Of a DNA stretch of 64,000 nucleotides, positions 1-12,520 are shown piece by piece. This DNA is from Trichosphaerium sp. ATCC 40318 (lineage: Eukaryota; Protista; Tubulinea): assembly GCA_038496445.1 (NCBI GenBank), contig JALMLS010000507.1:62001-126000 (forward strand), read 5' to 3'. Under the pieces are notes generated by a model that made no database searches, was not told where the DNA came from, and was given only the letters and a program-made list of their open reading frames with translations. Both the position numbers and the translations under genes were made by a program. Within the stretch, counting starts at the first letter, position 1. Each line of letters opens with the position of its first letter.

Positions 1-795
1 ATACGAAAAAATTTGTATTCAAATCCTGTTAGAGTAATTATCAAGCATTGGAAACATGGTAATAGACATGGAGATTCCAAACAGTACTACGATAATGGCC
101 ATTTACAGATACACTGTACTTATGTTGATGGTAAGCTTGAAGGAGAGTTCAATACATGGTATAGCAATGGCACAAAGCAATATAGATACCACTTTGTTAA
201 TGGGGTAAGGGAAGGACAGTACAAGTCTTGGAGAAGGACATGTGAACTTATAGAGCAGTGTTACTATGTTGAAGGGGAAAAAGAAGGAGAAGCAAAGAAG
301 TGGTATAAGAACGGTAAACTTCAACAGCAGAGTTATTTCGTCAAAGGTAAAGTCCAAGGAGAAAGTATGTCTTGGTATAAAACTGGTCAAATAAGCGAGC
401 ATAGTAACATTGTTAATGGCGAAGGAAACTATACGGAGTGGCACTCGAATGGTAAATTAAAGGAAGAATCTTTTTTTAAAAATGGTGAACGTGAGGGACA
501 GTCCAAGCAGTGGTTCAACAATGGGCAACTAAAAGAGGATTGTTGTTATGTCAATGGTAAACGAGAAGGATGTTGCGCGCTATGGCGCTACAATGGTACA
601 AAGTACTCACAAAGGTATTTTGTAAATGGAAAACGAGAAGGAGAATTCAAGTCTTGGCATGATAATGGTCAATTACATGAATTGGGTACTTTCGCTAATG
701 ATGAACTAAAAGGAGAATTCTTATCCTGGGACGAAAACGGTTCGTTGAAAAGTACACAACATTTCGGCGGGATGAAAGAATGTAGCATCTTGTGA
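1..795 (+). CDS. MORN2/YwqK-type repeat protein, 5'-partial, intronless, C-terminal CaaX (CSIL)
   Basis: Frame is open from base 1. Repeats of the form YxNGxxEGxxxxWYxNGxL recur throughout. Ends ...MKECSIL-TGA with no intron in 795 nt. Confidence 0.9.
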   Translation: MRKNLYSNPVRVIIKHWKHGNRHGDSKQYYDNGHLQIHCTYVDGKLEGEFNTWYSNGTKQYRYHFVNGVREGQYKSWRRTCELIEQCYYVEGEKEGEAKKWYKNGKLQQQSYFVKGKVQGESMSWYKTGQISEHSNIVNGEGNYTEWHSNGKLKEESFFKNGEREGQSKQWFNNGQLKEDCCYVNGKREGCCALWRYNGTKYSQRYFVNGKREGEFKSWHDNGQLHELGTFANDELKGEFLSWDENGSLKSTQHFGGMKECSIL

Positions 796-1070
796 GTGGT
801 TGTACTAGTCTGTATACAACTTTTATATCTAAAGGTAATCTTGTTTGGATATACTGGTTTGAAGATGTCAATGCGAGTGCAAGTTCAAGCAAATGTAAAG
901 TATCTAATACAATTGCATGCAACACGTCGCAGTTTGACAGAGTCAAACATGATCAAGACATCCGAATTACAAATTACAACTTGAATTTTATCATTTTACA
1001 TGAAATCGGTCCATTTACAAACAAGAACCCTACTAGTGATCTCTCATCTTGTTTATCCTAATATTTCTTA

Positions 1071-2433
1071 TTATTTGCTACCACACAAAATTTAGAATAA
1101 AGAAAAAAAGTTTATGGTTTTACCTCAAAAAAAAAATTGGTCACGTGATAAAAAAAGTTGTACCTTTGCACTAGTTCTAGATTTCGTATTGCATATTTGC
1201 AATCAGGCTTTAGTGAAATAGCTTGTGACAAGTCAGCTATCGCATTATCTGTATCTTTTATCTCTATGAATAGATTTGCCCTGTTTAAATATGCCTTATA
1301 ATCTTTGGGGTTGTGCTTCAAACACGTGTTAAAATCTCTAAATCACATAAAAAAAAATTGGATAAAAGAAATGCGAGTAAAACTTAAAGACTGATTGCGT
1401 ACTGTAGTGCCCTTACAAAGTCTTTATGGTACTCTTTGTATACACACCCTCTATTAAGGTATGCGTTCGCACATTTCTTCTCCAAGGCTATGCACTTTGT
1501 GTAATCTTGCAGGGCTTAACAAGGAGGTGATAAGTTAAAGCTTTAATAAAAAAAAAGATGGCACCTCTTTCTGGCTGGTTGAAATAGTCATGAAACTGGA
1601 CCGCTCTACAATAATACGCGTTTGCGTAACTAGGATTAATAGTTAAGGCATACGAAAGATCCTTCAAAGCCATATCATGCATGTTCATTTGACTCAAACA
1701 AAGCGCTCTCAAGAGAAAACCTATCAACTAATAAGAAAAACCTGGAGAAATATACTAACACCACTACGTCTTTTCCATTTGTTAACTATTACGTACCATG
1801 TTCCCATTCATTATTATTTGTCAAAGCAGTATTAAGTATTTTAAGACATGAGGTATAGTTGCCAGTTTCCTATTTTGTTCGAAAATACAATGTCAGTTTA
1901 AACTTCATTTAAAACTAATAAATAACGTAACTAGTTCTATATGCGCTACTGCAGCTTGGTATCTAAGCTCTAACGGGTTTAGTTGCATACACTGAGCGTA
2001 CAACGCTCGTGACTTGTCATAGTTGTGCATTACATAATTTAAATGTCCGAGATGTTCCAAGACATGATAATTTGATGGCTGGAAACGGACAGCTTTCTCC
2101 AAAGCGCTATAATATTTTTTTTACGTTAGGAAGTGTAAAAATGTGTCTTGTACTTTTTTTTATCTTTTTTTACCTTTCAGCTTTAATAAGGTCTCCCATG
2201 CCTATGTATACGTCATGACGTATAGCCCATACTTCATAGGAGTCGCCACTTTGTTTTTGAGCCTTATTCGTATCTTCTAACGCCTTGGTATACTCCCCAC
2301 ACTCTCTGTAAAGAATAGCACGTGATAATAACAAATTAGCGTTATTTGGCTTTCTATGTAACGCTTCGCATGCATCCTGGATTTTTACACTCATATTATT
2401 GCATCTTGAAGCGCTAGGCTGCTCCTCAGCCAT
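1071..2433 (-). CDS. TPR-repeat protein (multi-exon)
   Basis: Exons read LLLSRAILYRECGEYTKALEDTNKA, ALKDLSYALTINPSYANAYYCRA, AYLNRANLFIEIKDTDNAIADLSQAISLKP. The last spliced exon gives ...LELVQSK-stop at 1071. Confidence 0.85.
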
Positions 2434-2538
2434 TACATCAAAAAAACTAAAAGAAGACAGTTTTCTTCGACTAACTTAAACTCGTGTTGTTTTCGATTTT
2501 TTAATTCGTTTTGGTCTTTGGTTATTTTAAGTGTATCT

Positions 2539-4489
2539 TTACAGTGTGCTATCATCATTCAAAGCATCTTCGCTACTACCAGAGGTAGCATCGCCAACAA
2601 AATCAAACTCCTCACCACCTTGCATAACACCTTCCATTATTACAATATTCTCATTTCGTTTTGCTCGAAAATGAACAAAAGCAGCACCAGCAATAATGCC
2701 CATAATCAAGCAAGCAATACCTACCAACATTAATAAAATCTATCACATGTATAAAAGATAAATGCACGATACCAGTAAGTGCAGCTTCAACCAGACTTGG
2801 AAGCTGATATTCTTTAGATGATACAGGAGATGTGGTAGGTATAGGAGTATCAGGTTTTGCCAAAAATAGACTTCTAGCCTCTATGGCTCCTCCAGCATGT
2901 TCTGTAAATACTCCTTCGACACCCATATTGAATAGGTATAAATACTCTATCCAAAAATGTTACAACGCTTGTTTCTTACTGCAAAACAATTATGACAACA
3001 AACACGAACCATTTTTTTCTTCGTTTTGAAACAGTACTTCTATATCTGAGTCTTCTAATGAAGGACGAAGTGTCCATGTATGAACGCTCATATTAAGTGT
3101 TCTAGCATAATCAACTAAAGGTTTACCTACCATAATACCAAGCTCTCCAAGGTGACGTATACTAACCCAACCCAATGTCAATAGATAATAACAAAATATA
3201 AGTGCTATTTTAAAAGCGTACGTCACAAAATACTCGGAGAATAGGTACTTCTTTTGTGGAGATACAACATCTACATACTAGAGCACATGCATAAATATTA
3301 CAGATAGCTAATACTGTTGACGCACTGCTGAGATTTTTTGAAGACCATCTTTTGTGAGTAATTCTTCAAATTTAGAACTGGTATCAGCTGCTCTTAAACC
3401 AGCTGTATCTACTAGTTGAACAAGCCTACATACCATCTACTGTTACTAACAATACTGTAGAAGCAAATACATATAAAAAAACGAACGGAATATCTGTTTT
3501 CTTGTTCAGGTCCTCCAAGAAAGTTGTTTCGAATGATTGAATGTATATTTTAGCTTCAGGCTTTGTAAAGTTTGCCATCAATGAATCAAGGATTAACTGA
3601 CCAATATCGAAGCCAGCCTGTACGCCAAAAAGAAGTGATTAAAACAACTGTACCAGAATAGTGAGCGTACATCTTTAAAGTACTTTGGTTGCTTCGCTTC
3701 AGGGTATACACCGACATTTTTACCAAGATCTTGGTTAGCCTTGGAAACAAATGATAGTACTTCATTAAAAGTTGGAATTTTAAAGAATCCATTGTACATC
3801 TGACTCCTCGTATCAACGCGCTGCTTTACGCGAAGAGTCTTTATTTCAGCCAAGCTGAAATCTAAAGGAAACAGTTAATAAGAAATAAAGTATGAGTACA
3901 GCAGTAAAAGAACGAAAACTTAAAATCAAAAAAGCGACATTTTGGTTTGAGAAATCTGAAGCACGTGCCATTTGCAAACCAACCGTCTAGGCTCTGTCCA
4001 CTACCTAGTGTTACAACTCTTCTTCTACTAGAAAATTCAGGCTTAGAAGCTACGTTTGTGACAGAAGATAGCTCAATGTCATGAACGCAAACTAATACAC
4101 CATCTTTTGTTACTACTACGTCAGGTTCTACAAAATCGACGCCTAGTGCTCGCGTTAGACGATACTATATCGCAATTACGCTGTATTACAGCGATAAACG
4201 GTCGTATGTTGTCAAAAAAGGTATAATATGACTATTTTGGAGATAACAGTTACCTTGCTTTATTGCAATGTCATATGACGCTAATGTATGCTCCGGAACG
4301 AAGTATGGCGCTATTTTATGTCAAAAACATTTGAATTCTCACTCCGTTACCTCCACGATGCCCTATTATATAAATACTGCTATCTGTAAGTATTTGTAAT
4401 GAAACTTCGCTCATCTCGCACCTCTGTACTCTAACTATAGAAAAAAAACAAACAAGCACTAAGAGAGCGCTTAGGACACTCCAGTTCAT
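2539..4489 (-). CDS. Glycerophosphodiester phosphodiesterase (GDPD/GlpQ-like), signal peptide and C-terminal TM
   Basis: Motifs IIGHRG, PEHTLASYDIAI, FVEPDVVVTKDGVLVCVHD, DFSLAEIKTLR, VGVYPEAK, IYIQSFE, VHTWTLR, GVEGVFTE. Hydrophobic N-terminus and a TM LVGIACLIMGIIAGAAFV. Confidence 0.93.
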
Positions 4490-4779
4490 GACGGCGGGGA
4501 AAACGACAGCTTAAAATACCTTAGCTTAATGAGTGTGAGCGGTTGCTACTTAATACGTTTTTGTGATTCCTCACCAGATTACTGAGCTCGAAAAACCATC
4601 GCTACCAAGGCTACGAGTACGTCAGAGCCATTTAACGTACTATTGTACAATTCGTTGAAGTGTGACGTGACGACTTTTACATTCGAAAAGTCTTGAACAG
4701 TTTATAACTTGAACGCATTCCAGTTCTCTCACCCCAAGCAGTTTATTGACGGACACACGGGTATTTCTATTGGCACCAA

Positions 4780-5608
4780 ATGATGAAACTGGCAAGAAGC
4801 TACCACGGGGCGCTCCACAGATTCCCAATCGCTACCAAATCTATCACAGCGTTCGCTGTTGTGTTTTTTGGCGATGCCGTCATGCAAGCCATCGAATATA
4901 AACGTAAACCACTCGCAAACACTTCAAAAATGACAACAGAAACACAACAACCTTTTAAATATGATTTTAAGAGGTCTTTAAAGATGAGCTCTTTTGGTTT
5001 ACTATTCGTCGGACCTGTTCTACACTATTGGTATGCCGTGCTGAGCCGGTTTACGCCATTTTTAAATACGTTCCCAAAAGGAACACTTTTGCGTAATGTA
5101 GCTACAATAACACCGCAACGTACGAAAATCAATTAAAACGAGCGAAAAAACGTTTTATCAACGCTTTCTTAATTTTACGTTTTTGAACAAATGGATTTAA
5201 TTTTGAGAATACTCACGCACTATAGTCGCTGCTGATCAATTAATATGTGCTCCTATATTCGTAGCGTCATTTTTCACATACATGTCCATGTTTGAAAGGT
5301 ACATACGTTTTTTTAATGTTGATGAGAAAAAAACAAGATTTATTTCTAAAAAGAGTTCTAACCGGTTTTAAAATAGTGCTAGTCTATCTAACATGAAGGA
5401 AAAATTAACACAAAATATGTGGCCTACAGTATTAGCCAATTGGAGCTTTTGGCCTGGCGTACAAATCTTGAATTTAACATTAGTTCCATTACATTACAGA
5501 GTTGTAGTTATAAATGGTTTTAGTGTTTTTTGGAACGCTTATTTATCACATGTAGAACATAAAGAACCCATACAAAATACACTCAATGTAAATAAAACAA
5601 ATTTTTAA
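4780..5608 (+). CDS. Mpv17/PMP22 family membrane protein
   Basis: PIATKSITA...GDAVMQ, DFKRSLKM...GPVLHYWY, ADQLICAP, WPTVLANWSFWPGVQILN...VPLHYRV...WNAYLS across 3 exons. Confidence 0.92.
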
Positions 5609-5757
5609 CAACTACTGATGACTGTATTTCAACAACAAAAAAAGCCCAAAAAGTTTGACACATTGCAAAAAAATGAAAAAAGCGCAATGTGTCAAAATGC
5701 TCTTCATTTATTCAGATAATAGCTCAACTACTTGCTTGAGCTGATACTGTTTACAAA

Positions 5758-8700
5758 ATGGCAACAGTACCGCCATTATCGGAACTATGTATTCGTTCAA
5801 TGGCCAAGGCGCTCAAAGAAAATAAACTATCGTTAAAAGACGCTGAGATGACTATTGGTACGCATGAGTGGTATAAAGCGGTATTAAGCGTTTATTAGAA
5901 TCGCGTATAAAGATAATGTCTTATTTGTTGCATTTTAACGCGCTTTCGGACAGCATACTGCTTGAACTATTGCTTCCGTCATATGGCGCTCTTAATTTGC
6001 CATCAGCACACCTTCTCACTGATGTGGGCGTACAAAGCATTGCTGAAGCGTGTCCACGCCTCACAGGCCTGTCAAGTACGTACAAAAACATGTTTTAAAC
6101 TTGCTAAATCAAGGAATCTCAGTAAACAGATGCTACGGCGTTACAGATCTTGGTGTTAGTCTGATAATATCAAAATGCACAAATTTAAGCACGCTAAACA
6201 TCAGCGATTGCTATAAACTAACAGGTATTCCACACGCCGTTACAACTCACAATACTAATACTTACGCGTACAAGACGCGTCATTCAAGGACGTAGAAACG
6301 TTACCATCCTTCTGTAAACTTGATGTGGCTAATTGCACGCTAATCACATCTGTATCTATTGACAGCATTGCCGATAGTTCTACAACTAAGTTACAACACT
6401 TGGCACGTGCGCTAATTGTCGTGGCTTGTTTTTTTTAAACTGACTTTTTTCACTCCAGAACATTAATGGATTGACCAAAGTTACTGACTCTGCTATTGTT
6501 AACCTCTCCAAAAAATGCCCCAACCTTACTAGCCTATACGTACAGGTTAGTATACCATTATAAAAACTGTGTCATGTGCCATAAAACGTCACTAAAAGGA
6601 ATATATTAGGGATGTAAGGAACTTTCAGATAAAGCTACAAATTCATTAGCACAAAATTGTACAAGCTTGGTAAATTTATCTCTTGCAGGCTGTTACTGTA
6701 TAACAGGTATGTTAATATGGAATTAATGGATTCAACTTTTGTTCCTCCTCTTACCACAGAGAACGAAATATTGTCGAGCAAGTAGCGACATCTTTCTTCT
6801 TATTTTCCTTCCTTGTTTAGATGAAGGTATAGAGGCACTTGTTTCTGGCTGTACCAGTATTACTTACCTTTCAATCCGTGATTGTAACCAATTAAGAGAC
6901 AAGTCTCTTAGCGCACTTGCGCATTCATTACCAAATCTCAAAACCATCGGTAAAGAAAACCAAACTGTTATCAAATAAGTTTACTTTTCGTTTAGATATG
7001 AGTTGGTGTCCTGTATCTGGACCAGGGTTATTCTCAATAGCGAACTCTCCAATAGCTGTACTTTTACCAGTATTTCGTTACGTGTGTTCCTAATTCTTCG
7101 TTTAAACAGACTTCTCTTGACACCCTCAATTGTTCTTGGTGTAATCTTATGCTCGCTCCTGTATTTCGAGGTGTACGTTTCTCTACTACTACTCACTCTG
7201 TTGGATGTATTATAGAGGTTCTAACTTGGATTATTCTTTAGTCTGTATCGGAATTCGTACATTTGACAGACTTGACTATTGCTTGGCTTACACTTGGTGA
7301 TGAAACATTTGAAACAATTCTTAAAGAGCTAACTAATTTAACACGTCTTGACATGTCTGGATGTAATGATATTACATCAGAAGGATTTTCTAAGTTCAGT
7401 ATGTACCCATCATATAAGTTTATTACCCTCGATTTTGCTTGGTGTAGGGTACGTTTTCTAACAACATATTCCTATTTTTTTCTTATTTTGTCTTTTTGCC
7501 GTGGTTATTAGCTCGCAAAGGCAAAATGTTTTCCATAGAAATTTAACACAGCTTACCACTTTTTTATTTATAATTGGAGAGCCGTAATTGGTATTTTAAA
7601 AGTGAAGAAGGGTGTGAAATCTTTACTGACTTTTTTGAAGGGGTTAAATGATGATAACTTGGCTGTTATTGCTGATAGATGTCCTAATCTTACACATCTT
7701 GAACTCCCATTATGTTTATCTGTATCAGACCAAGGACTTAAGTCTCTTTCACAGTGCCCAAACCTACTACAATTAGTGTTAAACAGAAACAAAAATTTTA
7801 CAGATGATGGATTTTCTTTCACACAGGCATGTTTGTCCTCTGAACAGTGGATAAGTCAATGAGACATAATGACGATTTTTACTTATTGAGCTTATATAGG
7901 ACACACCCAAACTGCGTATTTTATATCTTGCGGATGTACCAATCACAGATCAAGGGCTTGTTTCAGTTTGTAAACAATGTCAAAATATCCGAGCGATTGT
8001 TCTTTCTGGTATCCCTCATTTAACAAATGTACGCAAAAGGTTACTTCATACCTGCCTCTCAGCTATATTTTCTACACCACGTATATACAACACTTGATGG
8101 TGTATCTATGCTGTTGAGTGTACTAGAACGCAAGAAAATACAGTCAAGTTAATGTTGTTTAGAATGGAATAGAAGCTTTGGCTATGTACTTAAAAAATCT
8201 TACGCTTTTGAGTTTGAGCGGTTGTTGTATGGTTACGGATGAAGCCATTATAGAGCTTGTAGATAATTGTCATGATACAATACAAACTTTAAATATAGCT
8301 CAAACATGTATTACAGATGCAGCGGTTGAAGTACGTCAATAGTTCTACGAACTTTATTTCTTTGCAATTTTTACTTTTTTGTTGTTTTTTATCATATAAC
8401 ACAACACTATACAAACTATTAGTTGTGTCATTGATGCACAGTATACAAAGTATTTATATTAGTAATTTACAGTCGATTGACTTCAATACGTGATAAGATA
8501 GAAGAGTAGAATTCAAAAAAAAAGTATTCTTCTTCTTTCTTGATTTTTTTTTGTTCATATCTCAAATACTCGTTTACTTATTCTTTCTTTTTCAAGCATA
8601 TTGCAAAGAAATGTCACGCCTTACTGACCCTTATAATATCGTTTATACCTACAATAACAGATATCAGTCTAAAACATATTGCAGAAAATTTACACTATTT

Positions 8701-9013
8701 ACATAAACTAGAATGTTCTGCTTGCCATATTATATCTGACAAGGGCCTTTGTGGTGTTTTGTTTAGTTGTAGAAACCTAAGACATTTGAATGTTGGCGGA
8801 TGTAAAGCTATAACAGATGATTTTGTACGAAACTTTCTCTTCTTCTTTAAACACAAACAAAAAGTGGTGGATTTTTCTGAGTGTTTTTTTTAGATGTATG
8901 AAGTTATTCTGTATGGTCAGTACCTGCAAGTATTAGATGTATCTCATTGTGTTCTTATAACAGCTGGTGCTAAAGAAATGGTTAAATCTCAAACAAATGC
9001 TACTGTAAAATAG
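5758..9013 (+). CDS. Cysteine-containing (AMN1/FBXL-type) LRR protein with N-terminal BC-box-like motif
   Basis: Starts MATVPPLSELCIRSMAKAL. About 20 LxxLxLxxCxxITD repeats across many exons, including GC-AG introns at 6403 and 7827. Confidence 0.88.
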
Positions 9014-9529
9014 AAATAGAAGAGTCAATAATGACATAAAAAAAAGTTAACTAACCAAACGATTTTTTCAGTCAAGGTGCAGCCGTAACCTAAGCTGCTA
9101 GAATGAACTGAACGGCCAATTGATGTCAACATTCACTATTTACCTCATCACAATTGTCTGTCGATAAAATTACGTCAATGTAAGAAAAATAATTCACTGA
9201 AAAAGAAACAACACGTCAGGATCGTATAACTTTTGTTAGCAATGTTGAAATTATTTGGTTCAAAAGAGACAGTTGCAGACAGCTGTTGAGTAGTCCACTA
9301 CCTTGTTTAATGCACTTGAAGCTTACAAGAGCATAGACATCATAAAAAACTAAAAAGAAAAGCGCTACCTTCGTGTGCGTGTTGTTTGTTATCACCCCAA
9401 ACTTGGTGTTAGGAGAGTGGCAAAAATTCTACACTAACTGCTTTAAAAGAACGAGAGAGCGCTTAAGAACGCATAAGCCTCGGTATTCAAGACTCTACTT
9501 TTTTCCAATTACTCGAGCAGCGGCAACTA

Positions 9530-10428
9530 ATGCAGAAACTCAAAAACCTCCAAGAAGCAAGAAAGACAGCAGAAGCCAAAACCCCTACAACCAGCAAAAA
9601 GAATGAAAAGAAAGGGAAAACCAGAAAGAGTAGTGTTTCTGAAATAAGAGCACAAAGAGGTACTTAGTTTGCATAAGAAACCATTTTAAACAAAACTGTA
9701 AATATAACTTTTCAATGAAGAAGACGAACAAGACTCTTTCAAAGACCCTTTTTAAATATATATTTTTATACTCTACTAGTGCCCATGGACGGGCACTTTA
9801 TAGGGTTTTTTTATATTACTGAGATCACGGACTTAATGATTATTTCCTAGACATTTCAGAATTGGACATGAATACAATGCCTGGTGTAGCGATAGAGTTT
9901 CCAGATCCTAATAATCTCACTAACTTCAACATTACTATAACTCCTTCAGATGGACTGTACAAGAATTGTACATATAGATTTTCTTTGAGAGTTCCTACAA
10001 ACTACCCTCATGCTCCTCCAAAAGTTGTTTGTAATACATTGGCACGCTTTTTTATTTAAACGAAAGTTGAAGCCACTTTCTTCTGACTATTGACTTGCTT
10101 CTCTCTTGTTCCTTACTATTTTATTTAAAGGTATATCATCCTAATATTGATCTCAATGGTGCCGTGTGCTTGAATATTTTACGTGAAGATTGGAAGCCTG
10201 TACTTACTCTTGAATCTGTTATATTTGGTTTGCTGTTTTTGTTCATCGAACCTAACCCAAATGATCCACTCAACATTGGTATGTTGTTTTTCTGTCTAGT
10301 TGTTAACGTTTGTACATTTAGAAGCAGCCAACTTAATGATAAACAATAAGGCAGAGTTTGAAAGTCGTGTATACATATCTCTCAGAGGTGGCAATGTCGC
10401 CGGAAGACAATTTCCTAAATTGTTGTAA
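9530..10428 (+). CDS. UBC12: NEDD8-conjugating E2 enzyme Ubc12/UBE2M
   Basis: Basic N-terminal extension, then [62 protein letters not shown]. Four exons. Confidence 0.95.
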
Positions 10429-10847
10429 TTTTAATGCCATGTAACAAACTTAAACAAGCTCGAACAATCTTTTACAGGTCTTATACTTTAGCTAGTATCA
10501 TCAACCGGTTAAATATTTGCCCATTTCGGTCAAGTTTGGATAAACTTTTTCTTTTATTTTTCGCGTGCTCTTATTTTTGATAAAATAAGTAGTACACCAC
10601 TGAACAGTTGAGCATTGTTGGGTAAGTTAGCTAAATGCCTGTCTAATTTCAAATCACTGACAGTTATCAATTATTTTAGCAAACCATAAGCGAGAGTTTA
10701 CTACAAAGGTTGAGGTAAAAAGAGAAAATGAAAACCATAAAAAAGTTGTTCTCAGAAAATTCTTGGATTGTGAATACTTGGATTACCACAATAATTTGTC
10801 AATGGATTAAACTTCAAAATAAAAACAACTTAGCATGCTCATCTCAT

Positions 10848-11045
10848 AGTGGTGCACAGTCAACATACTTTCATCGCATGATTTTCTGGTTCGAATCCAG
10901 GCCGCGGCATTAAAAACCGCGGTCGCTTGATGGTTCAAGCAGTCGGTATCATTACCCGGCTTTTCTATTCTAGTGTGCTTCCTATAGTTCTCAACAAATT
11001 GAGATAGGACCACACTCTTGTCATGTGACGCCATCACCACTTTTT
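10848..11045 (+). ncRNA. Candidate structured Pol III-type ncRNA containing a permuted tRNA-like module
   Basis: Terminal stem AGTGGTG (10848-54)/CACCACT (11035-41) followed by a T-run. Internal B-box/T-arm CTGG-TTCGAAT-CCAG, then hairpins GGCCGCGG/CCGCGGTC, GCTTGA-TGGT-TCAAGC, GTCGG/CCGGC and a long hairpin at 10973-11015. Locally GC-rich and intergenic. Confidence 0.55.
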
Positions 11046-11141
11046 ATGCTCAGAAACAATGTAGTATAGAATGTTATTCTTTAGCAACGTCTAATCACGT
11101 GTAGTTTAATAACAGTTTTTATTCTAGACCAACCATCTTCT

Positions 11142-11306
11142 CGCGTAGCGCCCAAAAATCTTTGGCTAGATGTGGACGTGTAGCATATTGTCTTGGTACA
11201 ACTACATTAACACGTGATCAATTTTTACTTGGGATCTGTACAAAAAATCCGTTTTTCAAGCAAAACACGCGTGGATTTCTGCTGTTTTTTTACCACATAT
11301 TTGCAA
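11142..11306 (+). ncRNA. Divergent U2 snRNA-like sequence (variant or pseudogene)
   Basis: CTTCTCG...TTTGGCTA-GAT...GTGTAGCATATTGTCTT is collinear with the U2 5' end (CTTCTCGGCCTTTTGGCTAAGATCAAGTGTAGTATCTGTTCTT). An Sm-site-like AATTTTTA near 11220 is followed by two weak stem-loops. Confidence 0.35.
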
Positions 11307-11565
11307 TTGCCAATTTCTACGACATAACACAACTGAAGCAGTATCTTTTTGTTGTTGATTTATTCCAAAGTAGTGCAAATGGATTGTTGCATAGGCGAAA
11401 CAACCCCAAGATCTGTCCTCTTGCGTACAAATCGAATTTGAACTATACTCAACAAGCGTTGGCATAGTGTAATTAGTACCGAGGATGGTCACCACTTTGA
11501 GAAATAAGGAAGGGAATGGCGTCAAGTTTAAGTTATTGCCGTGTTCATTTAGTGCAAAATCAACA

Positions 11566-12113
11566 ATGAACGCTATGGAACTACTGACATCCCATACTGG
11601 AGTATGGGAAGGAACATACAGACGTATAGATGCTACAGGAAAGCTCATTAGCACTAAAAAGTCAAAACTTACCATGAAACGCTCTGGAAACAAGTGGTAT
11701 CAAACGAACGAATACGTATATGAAAATGGTGTGCATCAACACTTGAAAAGTTTTTTTTTCCTTCATTCTATGCTGAATACCTTCAAGGTCGCGTAGAGTT
11801 CCTTAATTTCGGTGTTTCTGAAATAAAAGACAACGAACTTCTTTTTGACAACCCTCGAATCCTTGGCAAGCTATGGGAGACCAAAGAAAACACAATCATG
11901 TTAACTTGGACCTACAAGGATGAACCTGGAAGCCGTTTGGTTGAAATGATTAATAAAATCACCGATAATCACCGTATGCGTGTATGGCAGCACTCTAAGA
12001 ACGACGTGTTCGAAGGGCTCACGATGATAGAAGAGTGGAGAAAAGTACAAGTTGAAGAGATACCAGATGATCATTTTCAACAGAAAACAAAAATTACACC
12101 AGCATCAAAGTAA
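11566..12113 (+). CDS. DUF3598-like beta-barrel (calycin/nitrobindin-like) protein, bacterial-type
   Basis: HTGVWEGTYRRIDATG...YQTNEY...FDNPRILG...LTWTYKDEPG...EMI...HRMRVWQH...TMIEEWR. One intron at about 11749-11787. Confidence 0.75.
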
Positions 12114-12292
12114 TAAAGCGCATCTAGAACAGTTTTCCAAAAAAAAGGAGCGTGTTCATTCGTTTTGTTGAGAAAATGAGAACGGACTTATCGTGCGACC
12201 CTTATTCGCGTTAAACAAACCGTTTTCTTGCTTTCTAATAATATTGGCATAAGCCAGACCGGTTTTGTTTCAAAGAACCTTACACAATCAAA

Positions 12293-12520
12293 ATGCAAGC
12301 TACAACTTGTCCTAAACATCACAGCGATGCTTTTAAGCAATCGTTTCTTTGTAAATTCGATACAAAAGACGCATACATCGCTGCTGATGAGAAAATAATG
12401 AAAGACCTTAGAAACAGCTTAAACTTCCTAAAACTAAACTGTAACGATAGCGACCGCGATGTAGACCCTAAATCACTAAGAATATCAGTTATAGACATTG
12501 AGCTTTCTTCATCAACTTGA
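12293..12520 (+). CDS. Small hypothetical protein (75 aa)
   Basis: ATG in the AAAATG context seen at other gene starts here; protein-like composition; no recognisable domain. Confidence 0.3.
   Translation: MQATTCPKHHSDAFKQSFLCKFDTKDAYIAADEKIMKDLRNSLNFLKLNCNDSDRDVDPKSLRISVIDIELSSST

Noticed and set aside
10865-10890. U1 or U3 5'-end similarity (ATACTTTCA)
   Set aside because: Only 6-9 nt match; the U1 ACCTG and loop motifs and the U3 boxes are absent.
10837-10909. Conventional tRNA (possible TCA anticodon, suppressor or Sec) ending at the T-arm and CCGCGGCA
   Set aside because: The upstream sequence gives no matching acceptor 5' strand or D stem; the complementary strand lies downstream, so only a permuted arrangement fits.
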